Assembly (NCBI GenBank): GCA_977862235.1
Contig: OZ374559.1
Coordinates: forward strand, 1,984,001-2,048,000
Direction: 5' to 3'
Origin: Dudresnaya verticillata
Taxonomy: Eukaryota
DNA: 64,000 nt
Both the position numbers and the translations under genes were made by a program. The notes beneath the pieces were generated by a model. It was not told the origin of the DNA. It made no database searches and was given only the letters and a program-made list of their open reading frames with translations. Shown piece after piece: positions 1 through 9,620 of this stretch. Every line of letters begins with the position of its first letter. Position 1 is the stretch's first letter.

Positions 1-2
1 GC

Positions 3-1121
3 TACAGTCGACTAGCAGCACTTGCTAGCTCTTTAGGACTACTGGGGATTGTTTCCAGATGGAATCAATCCCGAGCATCGTCTTCCACGCCAGACCAGAG
101 CACAATTTCTTCCGGGGCATCCTCATCTGATCAGAAGGAGGCTGCTACAGGGTTATCCTCATTTCGTCAGCAGCCGCCCATTTCAGCTCCCAGCGCATCA
201 GATGATCACGAACTAGGGGCCCGATTCGCAAAGGAGGATTGGGAAAGATATCCAGAAAGATATCAGGAGATTCTTGCAGACAAGGAATTTGCACAGCGTC
301 TTTGGGAAGAAGACGTCGCCAAGCAACGTGACTTCGGTGAAGCACAGCAGCTTGCCCAGAGAGACCAGGACGAGGCGAAAGATGCTGTCGTCGCTTTAAC
401 CATTGCGGCCAAGAACCTCGGATTGCAAGAGGATCTACTAGCTGTGTCCGATGAAACGCATGACTGCATGCTTTGTGCAGAGACTGTGGCGGGCACATCC
501 GCGTTCAGGTCCAAGTCTTGTGAACATGTTTTCTGTACTATTTGCATTCGAAAACATATTAGGATTTCTGTTGAGGAAGGAAAGCTTCCAGTCAAGTGCC
601 CGCATTGTCCTTCCGAATACAGCTTGCAGGAGTGCCTCGCACTCATGGCTGGAACTGGAGATCCGGAGCAAAAGCTGAACAAGATGATCATAGAGCGGGT
701 GCATCACCAGCAGATGCATTTTTGTGCGAATCCGACATGCTCCCAGCCGTTTGACTATGCGCTCATTGGAGATGATGACGATGATGATGCTTGCAGAGCA
801 GATTGCCCAATATGTCATACAAGGACTTGTGTCCGGTGCAAGGTCAAGTGGCACGAGGGACGCACCTGCAAGCAATACAAGGAAAACTTAGAGTTCGGTG
901 AGCTGCGCAAGCTGGTGAAGAAGGAGAAATGGCAAATCTGTCCAGGCTGTGGCGAAGCAGTTGAGAGACCGCCAGATGGATGCAACTTTCTGATGTGCCG
1001 TTGTCGGACTGCATTCTGCTATAATTGCGGCGTTAAGTACTTGTCGACGAAGACCACAGCAAACAATTTGCATGGGCAGCCAGGTTGCAACTGCGGACTG
1101 TTCTCATACAAAAGTACGTAA
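3..1121 (+). CDS. RBR E3 ubiquitin ligase with MIU-like motifs (RBR-1), 5' end outside the window
   Basis: The reading frame of ORF 423..1121 is open back to position 3. It encodes DDHELGARF and DKEFAQRLWEED (MIU-like), RING1 (CMLC..CEHVFCTIC..CPHC), IBR (CANPTC..CPIC..CVRC..WHEGRTC) and RING2 (CPGC..DGCNFLMCRC..FCYNC..HGQPGCNC). Confidence 0.92.
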   Translation, partial: YSRLAALASSLGLLGIVSRWNQSRASSSTPDQSTISSGASSSDQKEAATGLSSFRQQPPISAPSASDDHELGARFAKEDWERYPERYQEILADKEFAQRLWEEDVAKQRDFGEAQQLAQRDQDEAKDAVVALTIAAKNLGLQEDLLAVSDETHDCMLCAETVAGTSAFRSKSCEHVFCTICIRKHIRISVEEGKLPVKCPHCPSEYSLQECLALMAGTGDPEQKLNKMIIERVHHQQMHFCANPTCSQPFDYALIGDDDDDDACRADCPICHTRTCVRCKVKWHEGRTCKQYKENLEFGELRKLVKKEKWQICPGCGEAVERPPDGCNFLMCRCRTAFCYNCGVKYLSTKTTANNLHGQPGCNCGLFSYKST

Positions 1122-1144
1122 ATGTTTATACCCCGTGCAAAAGC

Positions 1145-1350
1145 TTTCTTCTTGTTAGGAGTAACCCTTCGGACGAAACGCAAGCACTCACGAATCGCAT
1201 TGTATCTCATCTTCTCCGCTTTCAGGCGCTGGCGATCAATCGCCGTCGTCTTGCCCTTCAGGTAGGTCCTTGCGTAGACGGGGCGACTTAGCGCCCTTCC
1301 AATCCTACCATAAAGGTCCCCATCTCTCTTGTTAGATCATCATCATCATT
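1145..1350 (+). mobile_element. Very short 3' fragment of an RLE-type non-LTR retrotransposon
   Basis: Translates SNPSDETQALTNRIVSHLLRFQALAINRRRL, like the ORF2 C-terminus of the larger RLE copies. It is followed by taaaggtccccatctctct and (cat)n. Confidence 0.7.
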
Positions 1351-1716
1351 TGTTAGATAAAAATAAAGGTTGTGCTAGTTTTGGCCTTTGTATGGCTAAG
1401 TGGTCTAACAGCTCATCGAAAAGATCACAGCATAACATTTCCAGTGCTACCGTACATGGGCCGAAGCAGACCGAGCAGGGCAACTTGGTCAGGTAGTAAA
1501 TCCCTTGGGATCGCTATGTACTGCAATCGGATACCGTCCAGAGCCCCTCCAGAGCGGCTTGCTAGTGACCCGGCGCAACATGTGTACAGCAGCCAGCGAC
1601 TGGGTGGTGTGGGGTACCTTGGTAACCGCCGACTGCACATTGGGACGGTGAGATTTGTGGTGATTGATTCGTCAGTCATGCGGTCAAGAAGGCATTCGAA
1701 GTTTACTCCCGCTCGG

Positions 1717-2560
1717 TTGTTTGTGTTGTTGTATTTTATTTGTTGTTTAACGTGGCCCTGCGTAGGCGACTTTGGGCCATTTGCTGGCACACGGTCGATT
1801 AATGGGCGGGGAGTTATGCACTACAGAGTGGGGATGTGGTAGTGGGTGGGCCTGTCTACTGGGTGGCATGCGGTGAGGGGTATTCTTCGAGGCATATACG
1901 ACGGATGGCTCGCAGGGCGTCGCAGACGCTGGCGGCGGTGGATGGGTTGGGGTCTTGGAGTGACAGAAGTAACAGCGTCTGTGCGCGCGGTCGCAGCGCG
2001 AGGCGGGCGGCTGGACAGCTGGGTGGGATCGGGAAAGTCCCCAAATGCCAGCGTGTGGCTAGCTTCCTGTCTTGATGGTCCGGGAGTTGCAGAGCCAATG
2101 GTAGCCGGTGATGGCTGTAAACCGGTGCCATCCTACTTCCTGATAACGATATTGTCCATTCTCTTATAGAGAGTGTTGTGGGAGACATACCTTGGCGCAG
2201 ACTATCTTGGATGCCTGGATGTTGGAAGGTTGATAGCGCCGTGAGTGTCCGACTTGCCTGCCATGAGGCTTGAGTGTTCTGCCGCCGGGTCAAGCGGCGC
2301 AGGCTGTGAACGAGTTTGTGTTGTAGGGATATTTATAGTGGAGATCCCTGTACGACCCCTCTTGTGACTTCTGCGCTGGAAGGCGTCGCATCGCCCACGG
2401 TCCGTACATAGAGAGATCCAAGAGTCGAGGTTATCATCGCTGTGAGGTGCGGCGGGAGTCGCTCTTCGCAAAGAGATACCAGTTTGGGGCGGTCAACACG
2501 GTCATATGCGCTTTTGAGATCAAGAACGGCTATGTAATCATCCCCGGATGTTGCTGCAAC
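1717..2560 (-). mobile_element. Internally deleted 3' fragment of the APE-RT LINE family
   Basis: Contains LDLKSAYDRVDR..GVVQGSP and RKLATRWHLGTFP segments. The 3' tail (aaacaacaaataaaatacaacaac) is almost identical to that of the element at 23441-28395. Confidence 0.88.
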
Positions 2561-3668
2561 TACGGAATGAGTGGGGAGCAGCAACATTGCTGGCGAAGAA
2601 AATCCTCACCGCCGTGCCATGGCGGCGCTCTTCGTTGACATGGGAGTTTCGGGTGCGCTATCTAATTGCTCTCTTTATTCTCCGACATTTACTGGGCGTT
2701 ATTTACGTGCTATTGTGCGGCTACAATAAAGTCTGTTTTGGATCTCACAGGGAGTTCCTCTTAATATTTGAAAGGTTACTACGGAAGGCCTCAAAGGAAT
2801 TAGCAAAAGCATTTTGCCACATGCACTGGATTTCTGCTGCACTGCAGAGAGATGTATTCGATGTATATATTCAGAAAGCGTGATAATACATATTCAAAGC
2901 TTCAAAACACCTTCAAGGTTGGCCATGAAGGCAACAAATATTTTGGCATGAATACTTTCTGGGGTGGAAAGAGGTGATAAAGCAGTTGAAGTACCTTTTT
3001 TTATCAACAGCCTGTTGCATCATCTCAGTTACAGAGAGTAATGTTATTCCAGAATAGCCCACACGGATCTGAATTTGTGAACTGCATCTCCCAACAGTAT
3101 TTTAGAACAAACGTTTTGACACCTATTCAAATATCGAGAGTTGTCTCTCTCCTGCTCTCAAACTATGCGCGCATGTTTGTATGGAATACGCTAAAAAGAC
3201 CATGGGATAACACAATTCTTTTTATTATGCACTGCGTTGTGATATTGGTACAGTGGATACCCTTTTAGCATCATAGGCCCAACAAGGTGGCGAAATTCAG
3301 ATTCACCAACCCATAGATCCAGATATACCTCCACGGGTATTCCAGATGTTTCTGATTTAAGGAGCTGATGTAATTCAGCAAGCTAGAAATTCTAAGGACT
3401 CAGCATTGTACCATTCTTACGAAGAATTAAATATTCCGATCATTGGCAACTAGGCGTTTTCACGTTTCCTCGTCACCACATTATGCAAACAGAACCATTC
3501 AGAAATAGCCACGCTGGGGTCCGATGTTGAAGTTATTAAGAGCTCATTTGCCTCTCCTTCTTCCCCTTACCCCTGCGAAGAACATTCGCTGCTCTCAAGA
3601 CGTAGAAGGGGCCTGAATCCTAGCATCCTTTCGTTTTTTTCATATTCAACGTCATCCGGTTCGGAGCA

Positions 3669-5525
3669 ATGCAAAACTTCATCATGTCTCCAGTGAAGAA
3701 ACTCGTGCAAATCTGTCGAATTGCTCGGAGAGGTAACGTCACCGAAGAAAAGGAACCATCTATTCAGAAAAGTGTGCTGGCGCTCAAGCATGATGAGACA
3801 GCGATCCTGATGACCGGATATAGAAATCAAAACAATCTTATCGAGAATCTCTACTCGCAAATCGCGATACTTGAGCAGAAAAGTAAGAGTTCAGCTCCAG
3901 CAAGGAAAGCTTCACAAGCCGTTATTGAGACTACCAGGGATGGTAACCAGAATTTTCTTCGGGGCTCGAAGACCGATGAGGATAGGGTAATGAAGATCAC
4001 AACGGGGTACGCAACCTCTTCAGTGGGTCCTGGTGGGATTCGAGATGGGCTGTCCAGTGCAAATGAAGAGGATAGGATCTTGCAGAGCAGATTGGAAGAA
4101 AAGGAATTTAATGATGACAGCTCCAGAAGCGTATTAGAGAGGGACTCTGCCATTCTTTCTTATCGAGGGTCGGACTTGGAGAATTTAAACAATAGGAGGA
4201 ATCAAAGTTCCCTTGGCATATACAATCAAAAGGTCCAAGCATCGAATGATGTGAAGGAGACAGAAACTCTAGTCACCAAGAACGAATTCATGTCTAAGCA
4301 GAATGAGAAGCTTCGCCTCGAAAATCAGGTCTTCCAGACTCGACTGGAGAGCTACTTAGATTTTGATAACAAGAAGAAAGCTCTGGAAGAAGAACTACAT
4401 ATGTTGAAAGAGAAATACCTCGATTTGGAGAAGAAGTTGAACGACGACCAGGAAAGATGGGAAGAAGAGAGGAAACAGCTTGCAGAAAGCGTGACCCATG
4501 TTAGAGATATAGAGGCATTGACGCATTGGCATGAGAGACACGTGGTCAAAATATGTAACCTTAGAGAGGCAATTGGCCCTGAAGAAGCCGGTAATGAACA
4601 CCCTCCAGGTCTTCTTAACCTTACTCTTCCGCCTGTCGCAGGGAAATGGAGGCTCGTACGCTCTATTGGGAGCGGTGGAGGTGGAAATGTTTTCGAAGCA
4701 ATGGATTTAACTAACGAGGAATCTGTCGTGGCAGTGAAGTTAGAAGAAATCAAACCAGGCCAGAGAAGTTTTCTTGAAGTCGAACGACAGGTTTACAGAT
4801 TCATCAGTGCTTTCATAGAACAAGGAGTCGCAGTAGACTTCATGCCGAAAGGTTTATTCTTCGGTGGCTACAATCAAAACTATCGAGCGCTCGTAATGAA
4901 CCGTTTGGGCCCTTCCGTGGACAAACACTGGAAAAGCTTCAATTTCAGATTCACTCTAACTGGAACATTAGCCTTTGGAATCAAAGCACTAAAGTGTCTT
5001 GAAAAGTTTCATGACTACGGCTTTGTGCACCGAGATGTTAAAGCTGCGAACTTTCTAACTGATAGAGAAGGAAATGGGGAGCTGTACTTAACTGATTTCG
5101 GGTTCGCCAAGCACTATGGACAAGAATGGCAATACCCTCCAGGCCAAGAGGAGTTCTTTTTCGGAACCACAAGGTATGCTTCCAGAGCCGCTCACAGGAA
5201 AGAACATCAGTCTCGTGCAAGTGATTTAGAATCACTTGGATACACTATGGTGGAGCTCTTTGGAGGTCTCGCCACTCTGCCTTGGGGCCCAATTGCAGAT
5301 CCAAATGGGCACCTCGGCCCGATTTGTCTCATGAAGGAGCACTGTCCTGTTGAGGAACTGTGCAATGGCGTTCCAGCGTTCCTTAAATTCTTCGAAGTTG
5401 TAGAGGCATTGGCTTTTTCCGAACGTCCAGATTATAACCTGTTGAGGGAAACCCTAACGAGCGGCCAGGCAGGCCTTGACGAACATCTTGATTGGATAAG
5501 GTACAACTACGAAGTCCAAGACTAA
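3669..5525 (+). CDS. Casein kinase 1-like Ser/Thr kinase with a long N-terminal coiled-coil region
   Basis: 618 aa. Motifs: IGSGGGGNV Gly-loop, VAVK, HRDVKAANFL, DFG, GTTRYAS and SRASDLESLGY (CK1-family signature, no APE motif). E/K/L-rich heptads precede the kinase domain. Confidence 0.9.
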   Translation: MQNFIMSPVKKLVQICRIARRGNVTEEKEPSIQKSVLALKHDETAILMTGYRNQNNLIENLYSQIAILEQKSKSSAPARKASQAVIETTRDGNQNFLRGSKTDEDRVMKITTGYATSSVGPGGIRDGLSSANEEDRILQSRLEEKEFNDDSSRSVLERDSAILSYRGSDLENLNNRRNQSSLGIYNQKVQASNDVKETETLVTKNEFMSKQNEKLRLENQVFQTRLESYLDFDNKKKALEEELHMLKEKYLDLEKKLNDDQERWEEERKQLAESVTHVRDIEALTHWHERHVVKICNLREAIGPEEAGNEHPPGLLNLTLPPVAGKWRLVRSIGSGGGGNVFEAMDLTNEESVVAVKLEEIKPGQRSFLEVERQVYRFISAFIEQGVAVDFMPKGLFFGGYNQNYRALVMNRLGPSVDKHWKSFNFRFTLTGTLAFGIKALKCLEKFHDYGFVHRDVKAANFLTDREGNGELYLTDFGFAKHYGQEWQYPPGQEEFFFGTTRYASRAAHRKEHQSRASDLESLGYTMVELFGGLATLPWGPIADPNGHLGPICLMKEHCPVEELCNGVPAFLKFFEVVEALAFSERPDYNLLRETLTSGQAGLDEHLDWIRYNYEVQD

Positions 5526-6374
5526 GTTTTCGATGCTACTAGCTTCAGTTGAGAGAATGTTCTCGCCTCAGTTCTTCTTCTCTCTTTTCAGTAGCTGACT
5601 GAGATATACACTGTAGTACAGAAGAGCCCATAAACAAGTTCGAAGATACCAACAACTCGTTTCCACAAGTCGTAGTGTGCCAGAAACGTTCAAAACTTCT
5701 TCGGTATTGTAGATTACTCTCCAGCCCGCAGTAACACACACACGCAGGACTTGATCCGAAGAAAACTATGGTGGAAAAGCAAAAACATATTTTGGCTTTG
5801 CTCGGTGTAGTGCCGTGATGCTCCCTACTTAGGACCCTACCGTCCGTAGGTACGTAGTAGGTACCTACCGTATGGATATTGGGGCACAGAAAATCTGGAA
5901 AATCAAGCAACTTTCTTCAGCCGCGGAATGACAAAAAGAAGCAGATAAGCTAAACCAGAAACTCATGGTGCTAGCTATGACTCATTGCCGTCGAGGTGAC
6001 AACTATTTATATATACAAATGGCCAAGAAGAAGGTAGAACACAGAGGGGAAGTATCAGTTCCTAGTCCATGAATGGATACAAAACAATATGTGGTACAAC
6101 CTGTTTTGGCTCTCCTGTGGAAGGAGGTCAACCTGATTTTTCTGGAAGACCAAACGAGGGACGGCCTTTGAGTCGAAAGTTTCGACGACGTACTCTCGCA
6201 ACTCGCCGCCTGGTCCGCAACAGCGGATAAACGCTCCTACACTCGATTCCGAACATAGTATCTCTAGTATCTCATTCTCAAAAGTGTACCTGTAACAAGG
6301 AATCTGTCTCGAATTGTTCAACTTGAACCATGATGTGTAAGACTACAGTATATTCCGTCAGCAAGAGATCTCCG

Positions 6375-7304
6375 TCAATGGTCTGTCTCCTGTGGAACAT
6401 AGAAGAGCCCGCAATGGCATGCCGGCTTCCCATGTGAGTTGTTTGCAGTCGTTTCCAATGAGATATACTTTGCTCCGCACGAGTAACAAAACCCGCATCC
6501 GCAACGACATCTAACAAAGTTACAGCCCCCGGTTTGGCGCTCGATAATGTTGCCACAATCGGGGCACTGCTTCCATCCATTCTCAGAAGCGAGTTTCCGC
6601 AGAAGGCATTCCTGTGCATATTCATTGCAGTCTTGGTCCGGATGAAAGACAGATTTGCACTTGACGCAGGTCCTAGTATGACACAGTGGGCACTGGACCC
6701 AACTGAAGTCCCCCAAAAAGCCGCCTTCCCGTATTGCTTCGAACGGGGTATTGCATCTCGGATTGGAGCAATAGTTTATGTTGGATAACAATTCGTTCTT
6801 GATGATGAGCAACTCCAACTTGCCTTCGTTCTCAGTATCGCGCATCAGCATACGACAGCCGTCGGCATCGACGATGGTATCGCAGGATGGACAAGGGATG
6901 GGGAACTTGTCATCCGTGATAGCTACGGAAACATGTTGTCGTAAGCAATCGGTGCAGAAGTTTTGTTTGCAGGGTGTGTGTACAACATAGTCGAATGGGA
7001 AAGGGCCTAGGCAGATTGGGCATGTAGGGCTTGGTTTCGTTGATTGGTGATGCTTGTTGATGAGGGAGTCGCGTTTTTCTTGGACTTCCGTATGTTTCAA
7101 CAGTATTGCGGTAGAGGCGGTAGAGGAGTGAGCTTGGTCGGGAGTGTTCTTCGGGGCGTTTGTGCGCATGGCGGAAGTTGCCAGTGCCGACGCGGACCGT
7201 CCGGACGGTAGCGGCCGTTGGTCAGGGCGCGAGCCCAGCGTAGGGTAGGTCTGCTCGACTCGCGCGTCACCCTGCGACCACTTGCGAAACAGAGTCCACG
7301 GCAT
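6375..7304 (-). CDS. Compact RBR E3 ubiquitin ligase (RBR-2); start may be the ATG at 7169
   Basis: RING1 CPIC..CKQNFCTDC..CPSC; IBR CSNPRC..CPLC..CVKC..HPDQDC; RING2 CPDC..GGCNFVRCRC..FCYSC..HGKPACHC. Confidence 0.9.
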   Translation of the reverse strand: MPWTLFRKWSQGDARVEQTYPTLGSRPDQRPLPSGRSASALATSAMRTNAPKNTPDQAHSSTASTAILLKHTEVQEKRDSLINKHHQSTKPSPTCPICLGPFPFDYVVHTPCKQNFCTDCLRQHVSVAITDDKFPIPCPSCDTIVDADGCRMLMRDTENEGKLELLIIKNELLSNINYCSNPRCNTPFEAIREGGFLGDFSWVQCPLCHTRTCVKCKSVFHPDQDCNEYAQECLLRKLASENGWKQCPDCGNIIERQTGGCNFVRCRCGCGFCYSCGAKYISLETTANNSHGKPACHCGLFYVPQETDH

Positions 7305-7869
7305 GTTCGAGGGACTGGCGGGAGGTGGGTGTGGGGTCGAGACTGGAGCTGGTGTTTGGCAGTAGGCCGTTCAAGTGGAAGGGCGGCGAAATGTTGGGGT
7401 TAGCGTGAGGTAGTTTGGACACAAGGGTGCATGGAGCGGAGCAAGGGGGAGAGGTGTAAGCTTTTTCAGGGCACCAGCGCGGGAACGGAGAGTCATGCAA
7501 GAGCATATGTAGTTGTGTGTGGTCAGCCTGGTCCGCAACGCGATAGTAGCCTTGCCTCAGCAGGGCAAGTGCCCCCACTGCCTGCGTTCCGGTGAAGCTG
7601 CCACGGCAAGGCCGTTGTACGTAGAGCTTGATACTGTACTGGCCCACTAGGCCCGCAAGGCCTTGATGGTTGTACAGGTTGGGCAGCGTTGGCGTTTTTG
7701 CAGTGCGAATTACGATCTCACAATCTCCAAACGAGCGCCGGCAACAATGCTCCATCAAACCCCGTCACGCCCCGTCACGTCCGACCCGTCGCGTCCGACC
7801 CGTCGCAGAAAGCACTCCACCGCCCCACCGCTCCCTTCCGCCGCGCGCCCCTCCCCCCTCACGCCGGCC

Positions 7870-9378
7870 ATGGCCTACCCGCACCCGCCCGCGCACGCCG
7901 TCTCCCAAGACGAGGCGCTCGCGCGCGCGCTGCACGCGGCCGACGCGCAATGCGCGCGCGACGCCGCCGCGGCGGGCGCGCTGGCCGCGTCGGAGGCCGG
8001 GCTAGCGCTGCCGCGGCGCGCGCCGCGCTCCGCGGAGCCGTCGCAGTGCCCGATCTGCCTCGACCTGGCCTCGCCGGCCGCGCTGCTGTCGCCGGGCCGC
8101 TGCGGGCACAGCTTCTGCGCGTCGTGCCTGCGCGCGCACGTCTCCGTGCGCGCGGCCGCGCGCTCGTTCCCCGTGCGCTGCCCCATGTGCCGCGCCTCCA
8201 TCGCGCCCGCCGACTGCCTGGCGCTGCTCGCCGGCACCGGCGCTCCGTTTGTGCAGCTGCAGCGCCTCGTGCTGGAGCGCGAGCACCACGCCGCGCTGCG
8301 CCGCTGCGCCAACCCCGCGTGTGACGTTCCGTTCGACTGGGATGGCGAGGAACACCCGGATCGCCTGCGTCTGGATTGCCCGTTGTGCGGCACAGCTACT
8401 TGTGCGAGATGTCGCAGGGCTTGGCATGAGGGGCGTTCTTGTGCGGAAGAGGGAGATCGCGTTGCTCGAGATGCGATGCAAGCGCATAGAAGAGCCTTAG
8501 AGGGGCAACCGGAACAACCGCATGCACCAGACAGGCCTGGCGTTGTTTGCCCGCGATGTGGAGACCTGTTACATCCAGGTGGTCATCATTGTAACCCTGT
8601 GCTGCCAGAGGAGGATATGCAGGCTTTCTGGGCGGATGCTGCTCGGGAACGAATTGAGTCTCCGCATGAACAGCAGCCACTTGTCGACGAACACTTCTTT
8701 GTTGACGTGAACCCTGGTGATGAGAGGCCGTACCTCCAGTATGACGCAGTACGAGAAGAGCGACTGGACCGTCATGAGGAAGACGAGTTTGGTCGGCAAC
8801 CGAGAGGCGAGAGGAGGCAGCCAGCTCGCCAAAGCAGGTATGAAGAACGCCGATATCTTTATGAGGAGGCTGGTGTGCATGCCCGTGGAGAACCGACAAG
8901 GGAGAGACACGAACCTGTGCATTCTGGAAGACATGAAGATCAACGAGGTCATCATGAGGCTCGCTTTGCTGACACCGAAATTAGAGAAGAGCGGCGGCGG
9001 CGAAGACCAGGCCATCATAGAGAGCGTCGAGCCCACCATGAAAGGCGGGGGCAGAGCGGTCACGTCGACGATTGCTGCAGGAGAGAACGAGAATCCCGGC
9101 GTCCTTTTGAAGCAGAGAATCAGCGGAATAGCATGGTCGTCGATCTTGTCGGTTGGATCGAGCGTGCAGGCCGACGAGATGTCCAAGACCGCATGTTTCA
9201 GGCCGTCCAGCGTCTTCAATGTCCGTACGATTGTGACCGCAGATTCCAACGACTAGTTCTGCTTGAACGCCATCTCACATTCACCAGAAGACACGACGTG
9301 TTCTTGTGTTGCGGTCGTCCCTTTGCGAATCAATATGCCCTGGACCAGCATAAGGATGCAGTGCATACTGCAAGATAG
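7870..9378 (+). CDS. MIU-RING1-IBR protein without a complete RING2, with a C-terminal tandem C2H2-type zinc finger pair (half A)
   Basis: ATG 7870 (MAYPHPP; an in-frame ATG also lies at 7747). DEALARALHAAD; RING1 CPIC..CGHSFCASC..CPMC; IBR CANPAC..CPLC..CARC..WHEGRSC. Only a CPRCG..HC remnant follows, then an R/E/H-rich linker and CPYDC..LERHL..H..CCGRPF..HKDAVH. Confidence 0.85.
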   Translation: MAYPHPPAHAVSQDEALARALHAADAQCARDAAAAGALAASEAGLALPRRAPRSAEPSQCPICLDLASPAALLSPGRCGHSFCASCLRAHVSVRAAARSFPVRCPMCRASIAPADCLALLAGTGAPFVQLQRLVLEREHHAALRRCANPACDVPFDWDGEEHPDRLRLDCPLCGTATCARCRRAWHEGRSCAEEGDRVARDAMQAHRRALEGQPEQPHAPDRPGVVCPRCGDLLHPGGHHCNPVLPEEDMQAFWADAARERIESPHEQQPLVDEHFFVDVNPGDERPYLQYDAVREERLDRHEEDEFGRQPRGERRQPARQSRYEERRYLYEEAGVHARGEPTRERHEPVHSGRHEDQRGHHEARFADTEIREERRRRRPGHHRERRAHHERRGQSGHVDDCCRRERESRRPFEAENQRNSMVVDLVGWIERAGRRDVQDRMFQAVQRLQCPYDCDRRFQRLVLLERHLTFTRRHDVFLCCGRPFANQYALDQHKDAVHTAR

Positions 9379-9528
9379 AATAAGTCAACCAACTTAGCTT
9401 CAAGAAATACACTTCACCTTTCTGTTCTTGCCCCCAACAAGTTTCCAGCGTAAGAATATTTCTTTAGTAGCGTGACAGGGAACCTATCTTCATGAATATG
9501 GATATATGGAAAAAGTGAATGTACTCTT

Positions 9529-9620
9529 GCGAGGAGGACCGTCTATGCTACGCATCTTCCTCTCAGAAAGTGATTGCGAGGGAGACCGTCTATGCTACAC
9601 ATCTTCTTCTCAGAAAGTGA
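9529..9620. repeat. About 45-bp direct duplication overlapping the RBR-3 stop codon
   Basis: gcgaggaggaccgtctatgctacgcatcttcctctcagaaagtga is followed by gcgagggagaccgtctatgctacacatcttcttctcagaaagtga. Confidence 0.8.

Noticed and set aside
3669..5525. Calling the kinase PINK1, or assigning symbols such as parkin or ARI to the RBRs
   Set aside because: The kinase motifs are CK1-like, and the RBRs lack UBL, RING0 and Ariadne domains. Orthology cannot be shown from the sequence alone.
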